Assembly: GCA_001724265.1 (NCBI GenBank)
Contig: MEDY01000093.1
Span: 1 to 64,000 of the forward strand
Direction: 5' to 3'
DNA from: Rhizaria sp. SCN 62-66
Taxonomy: Eukaryota
DNA length: 64,000 nt
The position numbers and the translations under genes were made by a program. The notes under the pieces were generated by a model that did not search any database, was not told the DNA's origin, and worked only from the letters and a program-made list of their open reading frames with translations. Positions 21,659-35,732 of the stretch are shown one piece after another. Position 1 is the first letter of the stretch. Every line of letters begins with the position of its first letter.

Positions 21659-24600
21659 ATGAGTGAAGCACACGGCCAGAGCCGTGTGACATTTGCATCC
21701 GATGCATCACAGCTTTTATCGAGTCGCCAAGAGGGCTTCGGCCCGGCCGCTCCGACTTCGACCGACTTGTCCGTACAGCCGCGCCTCTCTATTTCTAACT
21801 CGGCCTCGAGTACGACTGGCGTCTTGCTACCGCAACACCACACAGTGACGATTAACACCCCCGTTTCTGTCTCCGCCAGCGGCACGGGCGGCAGCGGTCG
21901 CAGCCGGAGCTCGGCGTCGGGCACTCTGCGCCGACGCTCGGGCCGAAGCAAGTCTCGCGTCGCGCCCTTCGGCAGCCCGAAGATCTCGAAGAACCGGTTC
22001 AAGTTCCGCCGCCGTCGAGGCTTTACGTCCTCGACCTCTTCGTCTGGGTTATCCACGTCCACGTCGTCATCGTCCTCCTCCTCTTCATCTTCGTCGTCGT
22101 CTTCGTCCTCATCGTCGTCGTCGTCTGACTTCGACTCGTCTTAGTCCTCGGCCTCAGGCTCAGACGACACATCCTCCTCCTCCGGCTCCGACGCGGAGCC
22201 GGACCTGGCGTACGATGACGTGTCCGCCTTCTGGACGCACGGCAGCTTTGACCCGCGGTACTACTCGCAGCACTACGGCGGCGGCGGCGGCAGCCACTAC
22301 CACGGCCAGGGCGGCGCGCACGCGTGGTACTTTCCCCAGGGCGCCGCGGGCGGCCCGCAGTTCGACTCCACGGCCGGCGGCGAGTGGCAGGGCCTGGCCA
22401 TGGCGCGCACGCAGGCCGCCTACGCGCAGGAGATTGACGACGCGTACCACGGTGTGCGCGGTTTGGTTCGCACAGAGCGTCCGGCACCCGTCGCCTGGCG
22501 TTCCACGTGGGCGCGCGTCAACAAGCCGTACGAGATTGCACGCTTTCTCTGCCAGCTGGGGCTCGTCATCGCGTTCTTTTACGTCATCACAGCCGCCGCG
22601 GGTGGGCACCTCATCTTCGAGCGCACCGCAGCCAAGGGCCTCGCGTCGCGGTTACTGCCGGAATCACTTTCATCGCTGCGGTCCTTCGACGGGTCAGAGC
22701 CCGTGCTGACGCCGACTCAGATGCGCGAGGCTGCGGAGACGATGACAACGGTCTATTACGCGCTAGGCGACGCCGTGGAGCGCTTCGTCTACCACTTGCC
22801 CGCGGACCAGAACGTGGTGTCGTGCGTGGTGGACCACCGCAACGGGTCTTCGGTGACGTACGCGCTCTACGCCGACGACCTGGGCCCCTTCCAGCAAGGC
22901 GGCGGCGACCTCGCGCGCTGGCTGCAGAACTCGGACATCGCGGTCATCACGCTTGCCTTCGAAGTGCAGGCGCATCTCTTCTTCGGGCGCCGCTACTGCA
23001 TCGAGTGGGGCGCGCAATACGTCGTCGCCGTCGCGCCCAAGGCCGCCGAGGCGACGGGCCGCCTCAAAACCTCGGTCACCATGTGCAGCGAGGGTCCGCG
23101 GTCGGCGGGCGTGACCGAGATCGACGTCATCAACGTCGTCGTCACCGCGCTGTCTTTCGCGCTCTTCGCCATCTACATCTCCGTCCTGGGCAAGACGGCC
23201 ACCGCGTTCAAGCGATACGTCTTCGCGCGCATCTGCCCGCGCGCGGCGCGCCGAACGCGTTCCCCGCGCGCGGCGCGCACGACTGCCGCGGCCGCGGCCG
23301 CCGACGCGGCCGCTGAAACCGCCGCCACCGCGGCCGCCAACGCCACCGCCGCTGCGGCCGCGGCCGCCGCAGCTGGGTACGCCGCGCATGACGCCGGCGC
23401 GTACTTCCCGCCCGAGCTCGGCGACGGCACATTCACTTTTGGCCCCGTGAATGCGAATGCGGTCAATCCTGCTGCGCCAGTGGCGCAGGAGCCGGTGCAG
23501 CGGCCGCGCAGCCGGGGCGGGACGTTCCGCTCGGGGCTTTCGGTGCAGCAGACACCGACTGCATCCGCGATGGGCGCCGCGAGTGACGACGACCACGACG
23601 ACTCCGGGTACGACCACGACGACCTAGACGATCTCGACGACGATGACGACGACGGCGCGTCGCTGAATGCGGGCGGCACGGGGTGGACGCGGCACGTGCG
23701 GCTGCGCGACGACGCCGCCAACGCCGCCGCGGCCACGGCCTCGGAGTCGGCGCTCGCCGCCGCTGCGGGCGGCTACGATGACGACGGCAGCACGTTCGGC
23801 TCGATGACAGCGCGTGCAATGGTCGATAGCGACGACAGCGACGACGACCTCGAGGGCTTCGGCGGTGCGCGCGCCCGCCGCGGGCCCGGGCGCGCGTTCG
23901 GCGCGCGGTCTCTCTCCGCGGCGGCGGCGGCTCGGCCCGCGCGGTCGCAGGTGCCGCAGCACATGCGCGCAGAGCTGGAGCGCGAGGCGAGCGAGGCCGA
24001 GGCCCTGGCTGTGGCCGCGGCGTCCTCCGCTCTCGCGGCCGCTGAGCGCGCCGACGAAGAGGCGCGCGCGCCGCGGCGGCCGCCGTGGAGCACCGTGGTC
24101 GCGGCGGCGCGGACCGAGCTGACGGTGGCGCACCTGGTGCAGGCGCTGTCGATCTCGCTCAATCTGGCCTATTCGACGCTGTCGTACCGTGAGCACCACA
24201 CGTTCGACGCTCCTGTGGACTCTGAGTCGATCCGCCTGCTTTTCGCCTTTGCCGCGGCTACAGCGTCGATGATGCTGCTGCCGTCGCTGTCGCTGCTGCC
24301 GTACACGTACACCGTGTTCCAGAACACCATGATCACGGCCACGCCCTCACTGGTGCGCGTCCTTATCGGCGCGCTGCCCTTTTACTTCGGATTCACATTT
24401 TTCGCCTGGGTAGTCTTCGATAAGTACAGCGCGCGCTTCCAGTCTTTCAACTACGCGGCGACGAACCTGTTCGCCGTGATGAAAGGCGACAACATCCTCG
24501 CGCTCTTCAACGAGCTCGCACACGCAGGTATCGTCGGTCGAGTGTTTCTGTACTCGTTCGTCATCTTCTTCACACTGCTGCTGTACCGCCTCATCCTCGC

Positions 24601-27562
24601 GCTCGTCGGCTTCTTTGTGCTGTTACACCAGCCTGAGGTGCACACTGACGGCCACCTCACCGGCGTTGACCGCATTGCCGCTGACATCGCCGCAGACGCC
24701 GCCAAGGAGCGCAAGTTCCGCCGCCGCGAGCGCCGCCGCCGCCAGCGCCGCCGCCGCCAGCGCCGCCGCCGCCACCAGCAGCACGGCTCCAGCTCTTCGT
24801 CGTCATCATCGACTTCATCTAGCTACGACTCTGACGCGGACACGGACTCGGATGACTCCGGCACGCACACGTCTGACTCTGAGCTGTCGAGCATGACCGA
24901 GAGCTTTGGCGACTCCCGCGGTGACCGCGACGGCAACGGTGCGCCGCCCGCGCTGGCCCGCGTGCAATCGAGCTACTTGCCCGCGCCGCCGATGCCGCTG
25001 GCGCTGCCGCAGCCGCAGCCGACGCCGGGGCCCGGGTTGATGCAGCCGACGCCCACATTGCCGCCGACGCCGCGCGGGGGCGGGACCAGACTCTCTCGCG
25101 CGCCCTCAATGTCCGGCTTTGCTCCCGGCGCACTGTCGTACGGACAGATGCCGCCGATGGGTCCGATGGGCTCGCAGATGCCGGCCGGTGCCAAACCGCC
25201 GCTGGGGCAGAACAAGTTCTCGCTCGCGCCGGCCGCGTCTTTCACATCCGCGGGCTTTGGTCCTATGGCCGTCGCCGCCTCGCCGGCCGGCTCGTACTAC
25301 GGGCCCGGCAGCGCGCTTGCGCAGCACCCCGCGGGCTCTTACGCACCGGACACAGGCGCGCTCGCGGGCTCCGTGAGCTACGGGCTCGGCGGCGCGTTCC
25401 AGCCTGTGAGCTCGTTTGCCTCCTCAGCGGGCTCGTTCATCCCTTCTGGTTCCTTCGCCCCGTCGGGCTCGTTCGCGCCTCTGGGCTCGTTTGCACCGCC
25501 GATGTCGTTCGGACCCGCGGGCTCGTTTGCCGCGCCGCCACCGCCGTCTCCGCTCGCACAGTCCCAGTTCCAACAACAACAACATCAGCAGCAGCAGCAG
25601 TTCCCACAGCAGCTCCCATTTCCGCAGCAGTTTATGCACGGTACCGCGCTGGTGCCCATAGGCCAGCCGCAGCCGCAGCCGCAGCCGGGTTTGCCGCCGC
25701 TCGCGCCTGCGATCCAGGGCGGCCGCGTGCACCCACTAGCGCAGCAGTATCAACAGCTGCACGCGTCAACGTCGGTGTCGCCGCCCACGCTGCCGTCGGT
25801 CTCCCCGTCCGGCACGCATGGCGGCGACGGCGAGCCCACTGCCGCAGTGACCGGAGCCGCGGACGCGTGGGACGAGGACGATGAGCTGGACGCGCTGGCG
25901 GCGTTTGCGGACGACGCGGACGACGACGACGACGGCGGCGACGACGCCGACATCGCTGGCGTGCCCGTCGGCGCATTCGCCCCCGCCTTGGGCCCCGGCC
26001 GCTCGCGCTCGCGCGCGCTGGGCCTTATTGGCAGCGGTGGTGAGACGCCGAAACGCGGCGTGACCCCGCGTCGGCGCCCGCCCGCGGGCCGCGACTCGAC
26101 CCCACAGCCCGGAGGCGACCGTGGCGGCGACCGGTCGGGGTTGGGCGCAATCCCGCCTCCGCTAGGCCCTCAGGCGTCGCAGTCGCAGTCTGCCGCTCAA
26201 CCAGGGCAACCAGCACTGATGTCGCCACAAGGCCCGATGTTGTCGCGCAGAGCGTCGATCGCGTCCCCCGCGGACCCTGGCGAGTGGACACCAATGCACC
26301 CGCAGCAGCACTTTCTCCACATGCAGCAGCAGCAACAGCAGCAGATGCAGGCGCAGCAGCAAATGATGGGGATGCCGCCCGACATGCCGCCGATGCTGGG
26401 CCGCTCAATGACGCTTCCACTTGGCCCGCCGGGGCTGGGTCAGGGCGTGTTCTTCGTGCCGCCCGCGCTGGCGTCGCCACAGGGCACGGTGCGCGGTGAC
26501 GGGCGCACACACCGCAAGCAGTTGCGTGGCCGCACTGTGCGCAAGCTGTGGACGTGGCCCAAACTCACGGCCGATGAATGTGTGCGCTACTTCGCCACTG
26601 CCGCCGAGGACAACGCCGCCGCTGCAGCCGCGCGCGCCGCCGCAGGTTTGAGCGCGCTGGTGGAGGCTGTGCCGGCGGAGCGCGCGACGTCGCTGTCGCG
26701 GCTGTGCGGACTGGGCGCTCTCGACGGCCCTGTGGCGCCGCTGCTGACGCTGCTCGACCGCACGGGCTCGGAGTCGCTGCACCGCCTTGCGGGCGGCCAC
26801 GCCGAGCCCTTCAACCTCACGGAGCTCTGGGCCGCGCTGCGCGAGCGCCGTACGAACGACAAGCGCAAGCGCGTGCAGACGGCTGCGGCGACGACGGCGG
26901 CGGCGGCGGAGGCTGCGGTGGGCACTCCGAACGAGGAGTCCACCGCGGCCGCGGCTGCGACTGCCGCGGCCGCGCTGGCGGCGTGGAGGGAGCGTAAGCC
27001 GCGCAAGCAGCGGCGTCCGCGTCCGCTGGCACTGTCGCTGGCGCCGATGATGGTGCAGCTCAACTGTCTTCACGTGGCGCTGTGCCTCTACTTCTTGACG
27101 TTCGACTTTACGCGGCGCCTCGCGCTCGTGATGCACCGGCTGCGGCGCCAGCAGAGCACCGACGGCGGCGCGCCCAGCGTTGCGGCCGAGCTGCTCGCGC
27201 AGTACAAGACCAAGGGCTGGACGCGCGAGCACACGGTGCCGTGCGCGCAGTCGCACCGCTGTCTGCTCTGTGTCGTATCGGGCGTGTACCAGGACCTGGT
27301 GGCGACTTTCTGGGGCCGTCTCGAGCGCAAGCTTGTCCGCTACCTGCTGCAGCCGATCGAGTTGCAGCAAGACGAGGACTTGCCCGCGCTCACCACAGTC
27401 ACCACTTACCGCGTCGGCCGCGCCATTGACCAATACATCGACGAGCGCGTTGATACCGGCGGTCCGCCTGTAGTTGCGACAACGACAACGACGACGCCCG
27501 CTATCGCTTTGATCGAGGAGGCACCACAGAGTAGTGCGTCACCAAAGCTAACTCTGGCTTAA
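21659..27562 (+). CDS. Mucolipin (TRPML)-like cation channel with large low-complexity insertions; contains 1 in-frame TAG
   Basis: Track ORFs 21659..22144 and 22220..27562 are in one frame, separated by TAG 22142-22144. The S5-pore-S6 region (PSLVRVLIGALPFYFGFTFFAWVVFDKYSARFQSFNYAATNLFAVMKGDNI..GRVFLYSFVIFF..LILALV) matches the mucolipin pattern. TAA stop. Confidence 0.75.
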
Positions 27563-27796
27563 GTTGTCAATTTATGTCATCCAGCAAGTGACATCATAAC
27601 CAACCTATGTTACTGTAGTGTTATGTTCTAAAAAGATTATTTGTGTATGGAGTCACGTTGCGTGTTACGAACGCACAATGTGTGGACTGTTACTTTACCG
27701 AGTTTCTTTTGTTGTTTAATTGTTTTCGTTTTGATTGCACGTCTAGCGAGACTGCGTTGAATGCTGTGAATAAAGCACATATCTTTTAGAGTGGAA

Positions 27797-28822
27797 TCAA
27801 CGGTTTGTTTGGAACAATGTTTGGAAATGAGCAATGAGAAAATAAAAATCAGAGTTCGCGGTTCCACCTGGGAAAAGTGCGGTGGCTGTTTTTAACTGAG
27901 TTGGCGCATGTCTCGGCGAATCTACCGAGAATTTCACGCCTGGGCTGTACAAGGGGGGAGAAACAAAGAAGGCCATCGATTGTGACCTAGGTCAGTGTGT
28001 GCGGCTACCACTGTTCATTCGCTTGCGCTAAGGGTGCGCGTGCATCGTGGTGCCCACAATCTCCGAGCGGAATACATGTTGCACGTTGCATACTTACATG
28101 CCACCAACAATCGAGTTGCGAGTGCCAGTCTTGTCGTTGCGCATCGTGATCGCTGAACAAGACACAAGTACAAACAAAGAAGAAAGATCATACGTGAGGG
28201 AACAGAGCGAAAGCAAACCAGAACATGGTGACAAGTGTGAAACAAGAGCAAAACGAAGGCGGAGTATTGAACGTACACGCGAGCACTTCGCGGCGGTGCG
28301 TGCGGAGATTGTTGGGGCGCTCGCCCTCGAGGCGACCAATGAGCTGGTCCGCGAGGTACCGCTTGGTGAGCTCGTTCTCAATCCAGTTGTGGAAGCGGTG
28401 GAACGGGATGCTTTCGTCGATGGCCTTGAGCCACAGCTCCTCCGTCGGGACGGAGAGCGTGTCCTCGCCCAGTGCGTGCGTCATCTTGACGGCCAGTGCA
28501 GTCAGGTAAAAAAACTCCTGCAAACGCGAGCGCAGCGAAAAAAGGCAAGAGACAAAGTCATGGTGTGAGATGATGTTAATGGAGGATCTGAATGAGAAGG
28601 ATTCCAACTGTATTACAGCAGAAGCTAAACGAGGGGCGGCATGGCCGTATGCGGGCTAGAGACCATGCGAAGAGAAGAACCGCGGGCCAAAGTAGTCCGC
28701 ACTCGTAATCGAGTGCAACACTGTGACCGCATCCTCCTTCCTCCGGTCCCTGGCCCGCGCCGGCGGCGCCGCCCCCCGTCCGCCACGCGGCAACAGTGGT
28801 CCAGTGGTGCACCTGCGGCCAT
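27797..28822 (-). CDS. Hypothetical multi-exon protein
   Basis: Internal exons 28517-28277 (EFFYLTALAVKM...FHRFHNWIENEL), 28152-28098 and one starting at 27944 splice in frame via GTACGT/GTAAGT donors and CAG acceptors. The first exon and the stop (TGA 27799-27797) are uncertain. Confidence 0.45.
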
Positions 28823-29061
28823 GCCGCAGGAGGAATAGGAGGTCGAGACAGTGACAATATAATATCAAGAACAAAGACAGTAGTAGAGGAATAAAAAGGA
28901 TGGTAACGGCGAGCCATAGCGGCTTCTAACCAGAACAAACAGAATAAACTTTTAATCAAGATTAGGTGTGGAGTATCGGACTACCACAAATCGCAGCGGG
29001 CGACAATAACAACAACAGTAGTAGTAGTAGTAGTGGGGTGATGTGGAAGCGGGAGCGCGCT

Positions 29062-32000
29062 TCAGCAGATGACGCAGCAGCAGTCGTCCTCGCGAGCAGT
29101 GGTGTCGTGTGTGGGCTGCTCGGGTTCATCTTCCCAGTCGGAGGACGTCACCGTCGTCACCGTAGTCGTGGTCGTCGTCGTGGTCGCCTTGCGAGAGCCC
29201 TTGCCAGCGCCGTCTGCGCCATCCGCATCGTCTGCGCTGTCAGCGCCCTCAACGACATTGTCGTCGGCGGATGTTGCAGTGGCTGCAACGGTATCGCTGA
29301 CGGCGTCGTTGGCGCTCGCGGTCGGAGCGTCAGTCGAGGAGGCCTCGGCGAAGCTGACGACGGCAACATCATCAGCGACAGCGGCAGCGGCGCGCTCAGG
29401 AGCTGGCTCGGCAGAGGCGGCAACAGCGACAGCGTCTTCAGCGGCGGGCTCGGGCACAGGCTCAGAGGGAGCTTGCTCAACAATGGGCTCCGCGGGCTCC
29501 ACAGCGGCTGAAGAAACCTCAGCGGAGCTTTCGGTGGCCGCCATCGCGGTCACCTCAGGCTCCGCCTCAATCACAACAGCCACAGTGGCGTCGGCATGCG
29601 CGGGAGCTGCAGCGACGGACTCAGCCTCAGTCACCACGATTGCCTTGGAAGACTCCTGTGGTGCCGCCTCAGCGGCGGCAACTGCAACAGACTCGGACGC
29701 GACGGCGGCATCCTCGGACTCGGAAATAGCCGCCTCGGGCTCGGAGATAGCAGCCTCCGGCTCAGCGGACGTAGATGACGAAGACTCAGTTGTAACAGCT
29801 GCAAAATATGCGACAGCTGCATCCTCCGACTCGACAACAACTGCATCGGACCCATCAGAGGACGATGACGAAGACTCGGCAGCGGCAGTAGACTCCGTCG
29901 CGACCGCAGCCTCTTCCGACTGGACAATGGTGGCGTTAGACTCAACAGCAACCGCGGGCTCAGCAGACTCAGCAGCAGCAGACTCAGCAGCAGCAGACGA
30001 AGCGGACTTAGCAGACTCAGTACCAGTGGCAGACTCACCGTCAGCGTCCGCAGCAGACTCAGCGTCCGCAGCAGACTCAGCGACAGCGGCAGACTCGGAC
30101 TCGGCGACTGCAGCTTCAGAGTGGGAGCCGACTGTTGCGGACTCGACATCGACTGTGTCGTCAGCAGGAGCAGCAGCGGCAGACTCAGACTCGACGTGAG
30201 CAGAGGACTCGGCCACAGCCACAGCCTCAACTGCAGCCACAGCAGCCTCGGCCTCGGCCTCGATCACAGTCTCAGGCACTGCCACAGGCGTCGACTCGGC
30301 CTCGATCTCGAAGTCCATAAGAGGTGGCGCGGGCGCCAGCGGCTCAAAGTCGTCCAGGTCGCTAGCAGGAGCAGCCGCGGCAGTGTCGGCGGCATCCACA
30401 GTCGTTGATGAGGCCGCAATCGTGCTGAGCCCAGCGGCAGCGCGCGGGTGGCGGTTGCGCGCGTCCGCGTTGGCGTCATCGTCGTCGCTGCCGGCGTCGC
30501 TGTGGCGGCCGAACTCGTCCCCGTCGTCCTCATCCAGATGGCTCGTGCTGGCCGCGGCCACAGCGGCGGCCATCAACGCAGCCTGACTGGCAGAACCAGT
30601 GCCAGCGCCGGCGCCAGAGGCAGAGAGCGAGGGCCGCATCGTCTCGATCACAGAACGGCGGAACTCGGCTGCATCAGCGCCAGCGATGGACTCACCGCGC
30701 GTGCGCGCACCGGCCCACTCACCATCGCCGTCACCATCAGCGTCGGCATTGGCGTTGGAGGACGCGGTGACCGTGTGCAGCGGCTGCGAAAATGTGTACT
30801 GAGCAGATACGACGTCAGAGGTGGTCGTCACCTCGTCAGCGTCGAGCACAGCAACCTCAGAGAAACCGTACTTGTGTTGCGCGCTTGAAGTCGAGACCGG
30901 CACGGTCTCAGCCTCGGTCGTAACGCCAGTGCTCGAACCAGCCTCACTGAAGCCGTACTTGTGGCTGACACTCGATGCCGTCGCGGCGCCGCCAGCCGTG
31001 AAGGCGTAGCGGCCGCCGCCGTCAGCAGCACTGCGGGCAGCGTACGCGTAGCGGCCGCCGCTGGCGATGGCAGCAACGTTCGCGTAGTAGTCGGCGTCGC
31101 CTTCTTCGTGGTCATCCTCCTCGTTCTCGCCCTCGTCGCCGTCGCCGTCACCGTCGGCCTTGTCTTCGGCGATGACGTCTGTCATGAGTCCGGCGCCGAC
31201 GCCCGTGGCGAGACGCTCCTGGCGCGCGCGGCGGCGGGCGTCAGCGGCCGAGGCGGAGACTGCGAGCTGCGCGGCGTCGCGCGCTTCCTTGTCCTCGAAG
31301 CGGCGCACAGAGCGCACGTGGTCCAGCACACCTGCGCCCGTGCCCAGGCCGGCGGGGAGCCGCGCCAGGCGCTGCAGAGTCAGCATACGCGCGCGGCGCA
31401 CGCGGCGGCCGGACGCGTCGTCGGCCAGCGCGGCCTCGTACGCTGCCACGCGGTCCGCAAGCGACAGCGAGACGTCACGCTGCTGGACGTCATCAGCGGC
31501 CGCGTCGGCGTTGGGGTTGGCGTTGCCGTAGTCGTCGTCGTAGAGCACGCGACGGCGCGGCGGGGGCACGGGGGTCGAGCCAACCTCCGCGGCGGCAGTG
31601 GCAAGCGAGCGTAGCACGACGCCGAAGCGCGGCATGGCGACCGTGGTGGCGTGGTCGACCGCGTAATACGTATCGTCGTCAGCATCGTGTTCGGCATCGT
31701 GCTCAGCGTCGGCTGCGGCGGCGCGGGCGAGGCGGGCGGCGTGTTGGAAGAAGACGGACTGCGGCAGCGTCGAGACAAAGCCCTCGAACGAAGGCTCGGA
31801 AGGTAGCACCTCGTGTGCGGTGTGGCTGGCGAAGAACCATTCGCACGCCTGCATGATCGCCCACGCCGATGAGCCGGACTTGGTGTTATCATCACTGGAA
31901 TTATTGTTGTTGTTATTGTCACTGCTGCTAGAAGAAGAACTGGGTGAAACATTAAAAGAGGATGGAACAAAAGTTGAAAGAAAACCTACCTGTTTAGCGG

Positions 32001-33771
32001 AGTACTCGAAGAAGCGCTTGCGCTCGTCGTCAGTCATGGCCTCGACGTCAACGCCCAGCGACGCTGCCATCGCGAGCCCAGCGCCGGCGCCTGCGCCGTA
32101 CTTCTTCTGCTGCTCTTCAAGCAGCTGACGCGCGGCCTCAGCGGCGGCCTCGGCGGCGGCGGCGCGCGCGGCCTCATCGGCCTCGCTGTCACCGGTTCTA
32201 GACTGGCCCGCGCCCGCGTCGCCGAGCGTCGTGTCGCAAGGCGTGTCGGCCGAGTCGTTGCTCGTCGACCGCGCGAGTACAGTCGAACCGTCCGCAGCCA
32301 CCGAGGCGGCGGAGCCGGAGCCCGAGCCCGCGGCGGCGTCGGCGTCGCCGCGGGAACCTGACGACATGACTGCGCAGCGGCGGCCGGAGCCGCCTGTGGA
32401 CGGGCGCGGGGGACGCGCGGGGGCGCCGGCGGCACCGAGCTTCTTGCCGGTGCCGTGCGTCGCGATGCCGCCCTTGGGGGAGACCTGGTGCTGCGCGCAA
32501 AAGGCGCCGATGTCCTCCCATTTGTTGTCGTAGCGGACAAAAAGCGAGGCTGACGTGCGCACGCCCCCAGTCTCGCCCTCACGGCCCTCGGCGGCGGCAG
32601 TCGCGGCCGCTGCGGCGGCGGCGTCGGGCCCCGTGAGCGTCTCGGTAAACTGGAAGAGACGCAGGTGCGCGGCGGCGCCGCTGCGGAAGCGGTACTCGCC
32701 GCGGAGCCTGTTGGTCGCAGCGGGCTCGTCGAAGCCGTGCGTGGAGCAAAAGGCAGTCAGCGCGGCCGCGATCTCGTGCGACGCCTGCAAAGTCAGTCCG
32801 GACGCGTCAGGGCCCTCGTTCGCGGCAGCGGCGGCGGCCTTGGCGGCAGCGTCGTTGCTGTCGGCGCCCTCACCGGCGGCCGTGCCGGCCTCGGGTCCAC
32901 CTGCGGCGGCGCCGTCGGCTCCGTCCGCGTCGACCGAGTCGGCGTCCTTGAGGGCGTCGATCTGGAGCTCGATGAGCACCATCTGGGGCGGGACAACGCC
33001 GAAGGTCTTATAGGCGGAGCGCGTGAGCTCCATGATACCCAACACGACGAGGCGTTCGTCAACGAGGCCCGCAGTGGTCGAGAGCAGCTTCTCAGGCTCG
33101 AACATGTTACGGCGCTTGACGCCGAAGCTCTCGGCGGCGTTGATGAACGCCGAGACGTTCTCGTACGCCCAGGGCGAGCAGGGACCGGCCTTCTGGTGAA
33201 CGCGGCCCAGCACGGACTTTGCGTCGGGCGAGATGGCGAGCGCGAGGTCGCACAGCATCAGGCCTGTCTGCAGGCGCGGGATGAGATTGTCCATCGTCAG
33301 CACGTCGTCGCCCTCCAGCTTCAGGATGCCGTTCATCCACTCGACAACCTGCGTCTTGACGGCGAGCATTTGATCGCGACGAAGCGCGCGAATGCGGGCT
33401 GTGAGCTGGCCGAAGCGGCGCTCGCCGGCCTTGGCGTTGGCAGGGCGCAAGCCAGACACAGCGCCATCCTTGCCTTGGAGAGCTGCAACTGTGCTCTTCG
33501 TGGTTGAAAACAGCATGGAATCACGCTTGCTAAGCTCCTGCTTAAGATTGACAGCCTCGGCCTCAAGCTGGCGAACGCGCTCACGGAGAGCCTCCTCTGC
33601 AGAAACTGAAAAATAGCAAAGTGCGAGCAAAGTCAAGACAAGATAAGAAGGGGAGTGATGAGGAGAATGCTAATTTTAGCAATAAACCTCGGGTGCAAGT
33701 TCGTGTTTCGCCTTGAGCAAGAAAGAATAGGCGTGTGGCAGTGAGATCATACACGTACGCGACTCACTCAT
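29062..33771 (-). CDS. Calponin-homology (GAS2-like) cytoskeletal protein with acidic Ala/Glu/Ser-rich tail and Cys-rich C-terminus
   Basis: Mini-exon 33771-33759 (MSES) splices via a GTACGT donor to 33605. CH domain: VVEWMNGIL..LQTGLMLCDLA..AYENVSAFINAAESFGV..MFEPEKL..VVLGIMEL. Possible GAR-like segment: GEYRF..LFVRYDNKWEDIGAF. Ends CCCVIC, TGA. Confidence 0.65.
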
Positions 33772-34203
33772 TGTGTTAATCTCTGAGACGGAGTCTGTCT
33801 AAAGGAGGCAAGAAGCGAAGTAGGGAGGGGAGGCACGTGCCAAAGTTAGAGTGTCATTATGAGCACATTGTTCGCATATTCCGCAAATACAACTTTAAAA
33901 TAATAGAGAAAAACGTTGCGGAATAACATTTTATTGTGATTTGGCTCTATCTGTACTCGGGTGAAGCTTTTAAATCAAAAGTGCTTTTGGGTTCTTGGAC
34001 GCGTGCTCTCTGCCGCGCTTCGGCATCCAAGCCGACGGTCAAATGGCAAAATATACAAAATGAGGCGAAATCGTCATGTAATTCCAGGTAAAAGGCATAA
34101 TCTGTGCATGTAGGATCTAAGTTGGGCTAGTGTATCAGTATTCACAATTATTATTACAGTTGACTCATTTTTCGGACAATATATCAGTGCTTTCCTTTGC
34201 ACG

Positions 34204-35373
<1,170 letters not shown>

Positions 35374-35732
35374 TTACTAGTCAATTACAGCGGCAGGTAT
35401 CACCTGTTGTCAAGTTGAAGCTTTTATCGTGGCTGACAGAGAAAGGACGGTCGCGTTGGATGGTGGGTGAGGCTGGTGAAGGTGCGAGCGTGTAAGAAGA
35501 ACTAAACGATCAATAATTCATCCAAAGTTCCGACAGTGAATTTACCGTTTAATTTCCAATAACAATAAAGATATTGGTACAATAACACTTTATTATACAT
35601 CTCAAAAACGTGATATATCCCTGTTTCGTATCATTTTTAGAGGCCACTCTTTCTCGAGTCAGCGAACCAAATCTTCACTCCCAGATCCAAGACCAACCAC
35701 AAGGCAGGGCGTCTGCCCTACGCTATCACACA

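Noticed and set aside
28656-28658. Possible ninth in-frame TAG joining ORFs 28656..28874 and 28188..28607
   Set aside because: It probably lies inside an intron (strong acceptor at 28518), so it was not counted.
31879-31989. AT-rich intron-like segment (CAG|GTAGGT) inside the GAS2-like gene
   Set aside because: The frame stays open through it and the nearby YAG acceptors are out of phase. It is left as exon pending RNA-seq.
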